NCBI GenBank assembly: GCA_963798915.1 | Contig: CAWCVB010000002.1 | Location: forward strand, 288,001 to 352,000 | Direction: 5' to 3' | DNA from: an uncultured Gemmatimonadales bacterium | Lineage (GTDB): Bacteria > Gemmatimonadota > Gemmatimonadetes > Gemmatimonadales > GWC2-71-9 | DNA: 64,000 bases | Part shown: piece after piece, positions 1-7,697 of the stretch | Numbering within the stretch: the first letter of the stretch is position 1 | Layout of the letters: the number at the start of each line of letters is the position of its first letter | Translations under genes and position numbers: made by a program | Notes under the pieces: generated by a model | What the model saw: only the letters and a program-made list of their open reading frames with translations | What the model was told of the DNA's origin: nothing | Databases searched by the model: none

Positions 1-1
1 T

Positions 2-1282
2 CGAGCTGGACGTGCCGGGCCTCGGCGTCGCCAGGAAGGCATGGGCCTCGAACGTGTTCAGGTCCAGCGCCAACCCCGCGATCTGTCCTTCCTGATTGAT
101 GGCCAGCGGAGCGATGACGTAGAGCATCCCGTCGGGCGGCAGGAGCGAGTTGATGTCGGTGAAGACATCGTCCTGCCAGATGTAGCCTCGGCAGAGTTCA
201 AAGGCGACGTCGCACGAGGCGCCGACCATCTGTCCCCGGTCGTTCGCGTTGAACGGGGTGTTCTGGCGGTCCAGGGCATCCGGGCTCATCAGCCCGAGGT
301 CCTGGATGCCGGTCTGCTTCGTCCAACGGAACGGGTGGAGCGTCCCGTCGAGGAGCCCGGCCGCCCCGAAGACTTCACCCTTGTTGTTGACGACGGCCGC
401 AAACCCGCTGTTGGGGTCGCCAAGATTGCCCAGATCGATGGGCGTGCCGTGGTCCCAGAGCACCGCGTGCGCGCCCAACCCGGTCCCGCCGAACGTCGTG
501 TTCGAGCACAGGCCGGATGTACCGACCACCTGGCCGTTGTCGTTGTTCCGGACCGCCATTGCTACTTCGTCTCCGGGGAGCGGCGGCAGAACCCGGATGT
601 GGCCGTGCTCCCAGGTCACCGCCTGAAAATGGCTCTGCTGAGGCGCCATGCAGGTGCCGTCGAGCACGCCATCTTCCGCCAGACCGACGATCTGCCCCTG
701 ACTGTTCATCGTCAGGGCCGCGGCGTTGTTTCCGCCGAGTCCCGGGAGCGGTGTCATGACGCCCTTCCGCCAGACACCCGCACGGCAGAGGAGACCGGTG
801 CCGAATCCGCAGAAGTTCTCGCCCAGTGGATCGGGTGTGGAGACTTCGGAGAGAATCGAGACCACCTCGCTTCCCGCTCTTCCAGCCGCCTGGGCGTTGA
901 GCCCCGTGCCGAGCCCTTCAAGGGTGCCGACGTCCATCATCTGTCCGCGAACCCAGCGGAAGCCGTGCTGAAATTCCCCGGTTACGTTGGCGGCCCCGGT
1001 CACCTCCCCTGCATCGCTGACATCGAAGGCGATGCTGAACGACCCGCCGAGCGTGCCGAGATCGACGATGTCGTAGAGCGGCTGGGCGCGCGCCGACGCG
1101 GCGGTCGCCGCAGTCGCGGAAGGCAGGGTCGGCGGCTCCGAGCACGCTGCCAGGAGGCCCGCCACGGCCAGGGCGAGCGGCAGCCGCCAGGCTCGTGTCG
1201 GTGGCCTCCACAACCTGGAATCGGGCGATATGATGGCCGCGAGGGTCCGCGGGTGGATCGCGGCTGTCAGTGAAGCGCGCAT
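2..1282 (-). CDS. HAF-family extracellular repeat (beta-propeller) lipoprotein, 3' end runs off the window
   Basis: Manual translation from ATG 1282 (absent from the ORF track, no stop in window): lipobox LLAAC, then repeated DLGTLGG/A.aiN..GqvVG/HAfrW units. Paralog of 45905..47107. Confidence 0.8.
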   Translation of the reverse strand, partial: MRASLTAAIHPRTLAAIISPDSRLWRPPTRAWRLPLALAVAGLLAACSEPPTLPSATAATAASARAQPLYDIVDLGTLGGSFSIAFDVSDAGEVTGAANVTGEFQHGFRWVRGQMMDVGTLEGLGTGLNAQAAGRAGSEVVSILSEVSTPDPLGENFCGFGTGLLCRAGVWRKGVMTPLPGLGGNNAAALTMNSQGQIVGLAEDGVLDGTCMAPQQSHFQAVTWEHGHIRVLPPLPGDEVAMAVRNNDNGQVVGTSGLCSNTTFGGTGLGAHAVLWDHGTPIDLGNLGDPNSGFAAVVNNKGEVFGAAGLLDGTLHPFRWTKQTGIQDLGLMSPDALDRQNTPFNANDRGQMVGASCDVAFELCRGYIWQDDVFTDINSLLPPDGMLYVIAPLAINQEGQIAGLALDLNTFEAHAFLATPRPGTSSS

Positions 1283-1356
1283 GGGTGTTCTCCGGAACGG
1301 GTGTGCTGCCCGCCTCTGGTCTTCGGCGTGCAGGGGCCATATCATCTCGCTCAGGT

Positions 1357-1386
1357 ATACGCGCAGAACCTCTCCAGATCCTGACA
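1357..1386 (-). promoter_or_regulatory. Candidate ECF-type promoter for the HAF gene (TGTCAGGAT-N15-GCGTAT)
   Basis: Located in the divergent HAF/ECF intergenic region. Assignment is inference. Confidence 0.3.
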
Positions 1387-1442
1387 TGCCCCCGCGCTTT
1401 TCCCGGAGTGGGCGGCCAAACGACCGGAAATGCCGCAGGGGT

Positions 1443-2042
1443 ATGACAATGGCCACGCCGCAGTCCGCCATAACCGAAGTGCTGGGTCAGGTGCGCGACG
1501 GGGTGCCGGGCGCGATGGACCGCCTCGTCGAGCTGGTGTACGCCGACCTCGCTCGCCTTGCGCACCGCCAGCTTGGGCTCGAAGCAGCCGGACATACCCT
1601 CTCCACGACCGATCTCATCCACGAGGCCTATATCCGGCTCGTGGACCAGACACGCACCCAGTGGGCCGATCGGGCGCATTTCTTTGCCGTGGCCGCGCAT
1701 GTGATGCGGCGCGTGCTCGTGGACCACGCAAGGCGGCACCGGGCGGAACGACGCGGTGGGCCGAAGCGGCGTGTTGTTTCGATCGAGGTACTGGAGTCCG
1801 CGGACATCGCGAGCCTCACTACCGACCAGCGCGCCGACGTCCTGCTCGAGATGGATGATGCGCTCGAACGGCTCGCCCAGCTGGACGAGCGTCAGGCGAG
1901 GGTGGTGGAGTGCCGGTTCTTTGGGGGACTGACAGAGGAGGATACGGCCGCAGCGCTTAACGTCACCCCGCGCACGGTGGCGCGCGATTGGGTCAAGGCG
2001 CGCGGGTGGCTATCCCGAATGCTGTGCGATGATCTTTCCTGA
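1443..2042 (+). CDS. ECF RNA polymerase sigma factor, TIGR02999-type (kinase-associated)
   Basis: ITEVL...LVELVYADLARLA, HTLSTTDLIHEAY, FFAVAAHVMRRVLVDHAR, VVECRFFGGLT, RTVARDW. Overlaps the downstream kinase. Confidence 0.9.
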   Translation: MTMATPQSAITEVLGQVRDGVPGAMDRLVELVYADLARLAHRQLGLEAAGHTLSTTDLIHEAYIRLVDQTRTQWADRAHFFAVAAHVMRRVLVDHARRHRAERRGGPKRRVVSIEVLESADIASLTTDQRADVLLEMDDALERLAQLDERQARVVECRFFGGLTEEDTAAALNVTPRTVARDWVKARGWLSRMLCDDLS

Positions 2043-4740
2043 GCGGCATCGGGATCGTGACCTCTCCCCAGAGCGCTGGCGGGAGCTCGACCGCGTCATG
2101 GACGGCGCGCTCGATCTCCCGTCCGCCGCGCGTGCGGCGTACCTCGATGCGATCTGCGGCACGGATTCCGCGCTGCGCGAAAGCGCCGCGCGCCTGGTGG
2201 ACGCCTGCGAGCGTGCAGGGAGCTCAGGCGGCCTCCTCGCCACGCCGGCCGCTGCCTTCGCGGCTCCCTTGCTTGCCGATCTCGCCGCGCGGGACGCCGA
2301 ACGCGCGGACCAGCGCCGCGCCGCGGTTCTCGGCGCGCTGCGGACCGCACTCTCGGGACGTTACGCCGTCGAGCACGAAGCCGGGCGTGGCGGAATGGCC
2401 ACGGTCTATCTGGCAACGGACCTCCGCCACGACCGCGCCGTCGCCGTCAAGGTCGTCGAGCGGAGCGTCGCGCCAGCGGCCGCCGAGCGCTTTCTTCACG
2501 AGATCCGCACCGCCGCTCGTCTCACGCACCCGCACATACTTGGCGTCCACGACTCGGGTGAGTCGGACGGGCTGCTCTACTATGTGATGCCGTACGTCGA
2601 TGGCGAGACCCTGCGGGCGCGCCTGGAGCGCGAAGGCGCACTTCCACTCACGGACGCTCTGCGCCTGCTGCGCGAGCTTGCCGATGCGCTGTCATATGCT
2701 CATGCGCGCGGCATTGCGCACTGCGACCTCAAACCCGAGAACGTGCTCCTCTCAGGTGGGCACGCCGTCGTCGCCGACTTCGGGATCGCGAAGGCACTGG
2801 CGGCCGCCACCGGGGCAGGCACCGATGCAGGCACGGGACCGCCGTCGCCTGGCGGAGTGCTTGGCACTGCGGCCTACATGGCTCCCGAGCAGGCGCGCGG
2901 CGACGAGGCCACCGACCATCGGGCAGACCTGTACGCACTCGGCGTACTCGCCTACGAGGTGCTCGCCGGAGAGCACCCGTTCCGCGGACGTCCGCGGGAG
3001 GCGCTCATCCTCGCGCACCGGACGGAGGCGCCGCCGCCACTCGGGATCCGGTGTCCGGAGGTGCCGACCGCGCTCGCCGCGCTGGTGATGCAGTTGCTCG
3101 CCAAGGACCCGGCCGCGCGCCCGCAGAGCGCCGCCGACGTGCTGCCCGCTCTGGATGCTGCGGCGGCCCTGCCGTCGGGAGGACGGTTTGCAAGCGGCGG
3201 GACACTGCTGGCGGCTGCGGCAGCGTTGCTCGTCATCGCCGCCCTGGGCGGGTACTCCATCTGGGGCGGAGCCGCAGCGGTGCGCGACGCACGCTCGGGA
3301 CGCGCGATTCGCACGGTCGCCGTGCTTCCGTTCGTGAATGCGGGCGGCTCCGCGGCCGACGAATACTTCAGCGACGGGATCAGGGACGAGGTGGCGCACG
3401 CGCTCGCGCAGCTGCCGGAGCTGCGGGTCGCGGGCCGGACCTCGAGCTACGCCTTCAAGGGAAAGGCCGTGGCGGTCCAGGAGATCGGGCGGGAGCTCGA
3501 CGTCAGTGCCCTGGTCGGCGGCACGGTCCGGCGCACGGGAAATCGGCTGCGGGTGAGCGCGCAACTCGTGAGCACGGGAGACGGGAAGGTGCTCTGGGAC
3601 AGCACCTTCGAAAACCGGTCCGGCGATCTCTTTTCGATGCAGGACCAGTTCACCCGCGCCATCGTCTCGGCCCTCGCTCCGGCACTGGCGCAGCGTGGCG
3701 GTGGTGCTTCGACGATCGACCTCCGGCGCGGTACAGCGGACCAGGAGGCGTACGATTCGTACCTGAGGGGCCGGTACTACTGGGGCCTCCGTGGCGGCGA
3801 GAACGTCAGCCGCTCCATCGCCAACTTCCGTCAGGCGATCGAGCGCGACCCGACATTTGCCCGGGCGCATGCCGGCCTGGCGATGGCCTACGCAGTCCTG
3901 CCGATGTACGGCCCCGACCCGAGCGATTCGATCGAGGCGCTGGTCCTTGGCAGCGCCGAACGCGCAGTGGCACTCGACTCTACCCTCGCCGACGCGCAGC
4001 TTGCGATGGGAATGGCGGTCGACATGCGGCTGGAGTTCCGCGCCGCTCTCGCCCGGTATCGCGCGGCGGTGGTCCTCGACCCGTCCTCGGTCACCGGACA
4101 CCACTGGCTCGGGTTTGCTCTGCTCAATCTGGGGCGCAGCGACGAGGCATTGGTCGAGTTGCGTCATGCCACTGAACTCGACCCGCTGTCCACCACGCCG
4201 GCGAGCGCGCTCTCGACCGCGCTGCTGTTCGCCCGGAGGTTCCCCGAGTCCGCCACCGCCGCCCGCCGGGCACTGGCCATCGATTCCACCTTCGCGTTCG
4301 CCATCTGGACGCTGGGAATGGCGCAGGTGTTCGGGGGGCAGCCGGACAGCGCCGTGCAGACCCTGGAACGCGGGATGCGGGTGCACCCGGAGGACAGCAG
4401 AATGTCCTCGGGGCTGGTCTTGGCGTACGCCGCGGCGGGCCGCTGGGCCGAGGCCGCGCGGGTACGCGGGCGGCTCCACGCCCTGGGGAGAGAGCCCGCC
4501 AGTGGCATCGAAGGGGCACTTGCGGATCTGGTCTTCGGTGACCGTGAGCCGCTCGTGCGCCTCTTGACCAGCGAGGCGGGGCAGGATCGCTACATCCGCT
4601 CCGGCGGCGCGTTCGGCTGCGATCCACTATTCGATCCGCTCTGGGCCGATGCGCGCTTCCGCGCCGCGATGCGGAAGCTCACGGTCGAGCCATGTCACCT
4701 CGCCCGGGCGTGGCCGCTTCCACGCCGCCCCGACACCTGA
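2029..4740 (+). CDS. Membrane Ser/Thr protein kinase with TolB-N-like and TPR domains
   Basis: GRGGMATV, VAVK, HCDLKPEN, DFG, YMAPE, TM segment, VAVLPF domain, TPRs, DPLFDPL C-terminus. Confidence 0.92.
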   Translation: MIFPERHRDRDLSPERWRELDRVMDGALDLPSAARAAYLDAICGTDSALRESAARLVDACERAGSSGGLLATPAAAFAAPLLADLAARDAERADQRRAAVLGALRTALSGRYAVEHEAGRGGMATVYLATDLRHDRAVAVKVVERSVAPAAAERFLHEIRTAARLTHPHILGVHDSGESDGLLYYVMPYVDGETLRARLEREGALPLTDALRLLRELADALSYAHARGIAHCDLKPENVLLSGGHAVVADFGIAKALAAATGAGTDAGTGPPSPGGVLGTAAYMAPEQARGDEATDHRADLYALGVLAYEVLAGEHPFRGRPREALILAHRTEAPPPLGIRCPEVPTALAALVMQLLAKDPAARPQSAADVLPALDAAAALPSGGRFASGGTLLAAAAALLVIAALGGYSIWGGAAAVRDARSGRAIRTVAVLPFVNAGGSAADEYFSDGIRDEVAHALAQLPELRVAGRTSSYAFKGKAVAVQEIGRELDVSALVGGTVRRTGNRLRVSAQLVSTGDGKVLWDSTFENRSGDLFSMQDQFTRAIVSALAPALAQRGGGASTIDLRRGTADQEAYDSYLRGRYYWGLRGGENVSRSIANFRQAIERDPTFARAHAGLAMAYAVLPMYGPDPSDSIEALVLGSAERAVALDSTLADAQLAMGMAVDMRLEFRAALARYRAAVVLDPSSVTGHHWLGFALLNLGRSDEALVELRHATELDPLSTTPASALSTALLFARRFPESATAARRALAIDSTFAFAIWTLGMAQVFGGQPDSAVQTLERGMRVHPEDSRMSSGLVLAYAAAGRWAEAARVRGRLHALGREPASGIEGALADLVFGDREPLVRLLTSEAGQDRYIRSGGAFGCDPLFDPLWADARFRAAMRKLTVEPCHLARAWPLPRRPDT

Positions 4741-4938
4741 TATTCCACGCCACGACGTGCGCCAGTAGTCGTGGCGGCGTTGGTGCCGATAGCCGAGCTC
4801 ACGCTCGAGGCGATAGGGGCTGGAGCTCGTCGCTCGTTGCTGAACTGACCAAAACGATTGTGGGTCGTAGGCTCTGGCGGCCGTGACTGACCAGCGGTAG
4901 CCTTCGGACACTCGACTCCGGACACCTTGGAGCTGCTC

Positions 4939-5376
4939 ATGCCTATCGTGCTGCTTTCACGCCGCGGTTTCGTGGCGGGATGCACCACCGTCCTGCTCGG
5001 CGCCCACGCCCCCCGCCTCGGTGCGGCCATGCGCTGCGGCCAGCCCACCTCCCGGCGCCGCGGCCCGCACCCGACGCCGCGCGTCGGCATCAACGCGTCG
5101 AAGGTGCTCAGGCCAGATCAGCTGAGCGACGCGCCGGAGGCATTGCCCGCCTTCGAGGCCGCCAGGAAAATCCCCCAGATCCTTGATGGCATCCGCTGCC
5201 ACTGCGGCTGCGCCGATCTTGAGGGATTCTACTCCCTGCTCAGCTGCTACGAGGGCGACGGCATGGCGCGGATGTGCGTAGTATGCCAGGGCCAGGCACG
5301 GCTGGCGGAACGCCTGTTCACGTCGGGGCGAACGCTCGACGATATCCGTGACGCGATCGACGCGAGGTTCGGATGA
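4939..5376 (+). CDS. PCYCGC-motif-like Cys-rich protein with Tat-like signal
   Basis: SRRGFV N-terminus; IRCHCGC...LLSCY...CVVC motif. Confidence 0.7.
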   Translation: MPIVLLSRRGFVAGCTTVLLGAHAPRLGAAMRCGQPTSRRRGPHPTPRVGINASKVLRPDQLSDAPEALPAFEAARKIPQILDGIRCHCGCADLEGFYSLLSCYEGDGMARMCVVCQGQARLAERLFTSGRTLDDIRDAIDARFG

Positions 5377-6257
5377 GAACGGCCTCTCTCGTCCTGCTCA
5401 TGATCCTGGTCACGGCTGCACCGGCCAGCGCGCAAATCCGCGCGAGCGAGCGCGCACGAGTCCGGCAGGTGGTGGACGGCACAACGATCACGATTGATTA
5501 CGCGCGCCCGCGGGTGCGCGGCCGGGCACCCATTTTTGGCGGGGCAGTGTGGTGGGGAGAGGTATGGACCCCCGGCGCCAACATGGCGACAACCCTGGAA
5601 ACCGATCACGATATCCTGCTCGACAGCCGGCCGGTGCCGAAAGGCAAGTATTCGGTATGGATGGTGGTGGACAGCGGGCCGCAGTGGACGATGGTGCTCG
5701 ACACTGTGTGGGAGCAGTACCATGAGGACCGGCCCCCTGCGCGGGGCGGACAGATCCGGTGGGCGGTGACGCCGGAAGTCGGCCCCGCGACAGAGGTGCT
5801 CACCTGGAGTTTTCCCGAGATCACCTCGACCGGTGGCATGATCCGCATGCAGTGGGCCGACCGCGCCGTGTCGCTCCCGTTCACCGTGCCGCCGAGTCAT
5901 CCGCTGACCACCGATCGTACCGAGGCCGCTCCGCTGGTGGGCCGCTATCGCATGACCTGGATCGAAGACGGCGGCAGCGCGGGCTCCGACAGTGGGCGGC
6001 AGATCGTGGAGATTACCTACGAGAATGGCGCGCTGCTCGCGCGCTGGGCGCCGAAGCTCTGGGGCCCGGATGACCAGACCTGGCTCATTCGCCTGGCACG
6101 GAACTGGTTCAGCCCGGGGTTCCGGCGGGATGGGAAGCTGGTGGACGTGTTCACAGAATGGGTGCTCGAGTTCGATGTCGTGGGGACCGAGGCGCGCGGA
6201 TTCGAGATCCGTGGGGAGCGCGACCTGCTGTGGGCCAAGGCCTCGCGATTGAGATAG
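5373..6257 (+). CDS. DUF2911 domain secreted protein
   Basis: Signal peptide; ITIDYARPRVRGR.IFG..V.WGEVWTPGAN; ATGA overlap with upstream gene. Confidence 0.8.
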   Translation: MRTASLVLLMILVTAAPASAQIRASERARVRQVVDGTTITIDYARPRVRGRAPIFGGAVWWGEVWTPGANMATTLETDHDILLDSRPVPKGKYSVWMVVDSGPQWTMVLDTVWEQYHEDRPPARGGQIRWAVTPEVGPATEVLTWSFPEITSTGGMIRMQWADRAVSLPFTVPPSHPLTTDRTEAAPLVGRYRMTWIEDGGSAGSDSGRQIVEITYENGALLARWAPKLWGPDDQTWLIRLARNWFSPGFRRDGKLVDVFTEWVLEFDVVGTEARGFEIRGERDLLWAKASRLR

Positions 6258-6282
6258 TTATCGTATGGAACAGCGATGATGC

Positions 6283-7647
6283 TCAGCCATCGTCGCTGAT
6301 TCCATCGCTGCGCTCGGAGCTGTCGAGGTCCACCGCCACGACGGAACAGATCGGATCGGGCGCAGCACCAGGAATGGTGAGACGAATGCCTGCCGTCGTG
6401 GATTCGCTGGTGATGGACCGGCCCGGATCGGCCAGGAGCCGGGCGGCGCGCATGCTGCGGACTCCGGGCAGCATGACCGGCGCGGTGGGCCAATCGGCCA
6501 GGAGCAGGTAGCGCCGGTTTCCCTTCGTGGTGGACCGAAACGATGTCCCGGCAAACGCTGAAGCGGTGGTCCCGTAGATCGCCTCACCGTTCACCCGCAT
6601 CCAGCGCCCGATTCCCTTCAGTGCCTCGACGCTCTCCTCCGGGAGGGTACCGTCCGGCTTGGGGCCGACGTTGAGCAGCAGGTTGCCGCCCTTCGACGCC
6701 GTCTCGGTGAGGAGGCCGATCAACTGCGGCACGGTCTTGAAGTGATGATCTTCCCGGTTGAATCCCCAGTTGTTGTTCATGGTGATGCAGGATTCCCAGT
6801 CCACGCCGGGCAGGCCGGTGACGGGCACCTGCTGCTCGGGGGTGCCGAAGTCGCCCAGGTGATCCGTGATCGGCGCGGCCGACCATCCCTCCACCCGGTT
6901 GTTGACGATGACCGAAGATTGGACCGACCGGCAGCGATCGTAGAGTGCCTTGCCCATCTCGTGCGTCCAGGTGCCTTCCCAGTTTCCGTCGAACCACATG
7001 ACTCCGATGTCGCCATAATTATTGAGCAGCTCGCCCACCTGCCGGTGCAGGTAATCCACGTAGCGGCTGAAGCGGGCACCGTCCACCGGCCTGGTCTCCG
7101 CCTCCCAGTCCCGCCGCGGAAGGTAGTCGGCGTGATGCCAGTCCATGATCGAGTGATACCAGCAGGGAACGATGCCCTCTGCACGGCAGGCGCGGGCGAT
7201 CTCCCGCATGATGTCGCGCTTGAACGGCGTAGAGCGGATGCAGAAGTCCGTCTGGCGGGAATCGAAGAGGCAGAAGCCGTCGTGGTGCTTGGTGGTGATG
7301 GTGACGTAGCGGGCGCCGGCATCCCTGGCAGCGGCGATCCAGCGTTCGGCGTCGAACTTCACCGGGTTGAAGCGGCCGACCAGTTTGTCGTACTCGGCGA
7401 GAGGAATATGGGCATTGTTGCGGATCCACTCCGCGTAGTCGGTCCGCCCGCCCCACGCGCCCTGGAGAATCGAGTAAAGTCCCCAGTGGATGAACATGCC
7501 GAACCGGGCATCCCGCCACCAGTCGAGGCGGGAGTCGGGCGGCACGGTGCGGAGGATTCCGGGCCATCGCCGAGGCTCGCCAAGAGCAATGACGCCCGCC
7601 GCCGAGGCGCCGAGCCGAAGGAAGTCGCGCCGGGGGAGGGCGGTCAT
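6283..7647 (-). CDS. Alpha-L-fucosidase (GH29), Tat-exported
   Basis: PRRDFL Tat motif; WWRDARFGMFIHWGLYS, TTKHHDGF, WFDG, GGNLLLNVGP. Confidence 0.9.
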   Translation of the reverse strand: MTALPRRDFLRLGASAAGVIALGEPRRWPGILRTVPPDSRLDWWRDARFGMFIHWGLYSILQGAWGGRTDYAEWIRNNAHIPLAEYDKLVGRFNPVKFDAERWIAAARDAGARYVTITTKHHDGFCLFDSRQTDFCIRSTPFKRDIMREIARACRAEGIVPCWYHSIMDWHHADYLPRRDWEAETRPVDGARFSRYVDYLHRQVGELLNNYGDIGVMWFDGNWEGTWTHEMGKALYDRCRSVQSSVIVNNRVEGWSAAPITDHLGDFGTPEQQVPVTGLPGVDWESCITMNNNWGFNREDHHFKTVPQLIGLLTETASKGGNLLLNVGPKPDGTLPEESVEALKGIGRWMRVNGEAIYGTTASAFAGTSFRSTTKGNRRYLLLADWPTAPVMLPGVRSMRAARLLADPGRSITSESTTAGIRLTIPGAAPDPICSVVAVDLDSSERSDGISDDG

Positions 7648-7697
7648 GCCATCATCTTCTGAACGTCGTGGGCCGCTGACGAGATGCGTGACATGAG

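Noticed and set aside
41..1273. 410-aa plus-strand ORF
   Set aside because: Antisense shadow of the HAF lipoprotein; no recognisable motifs.
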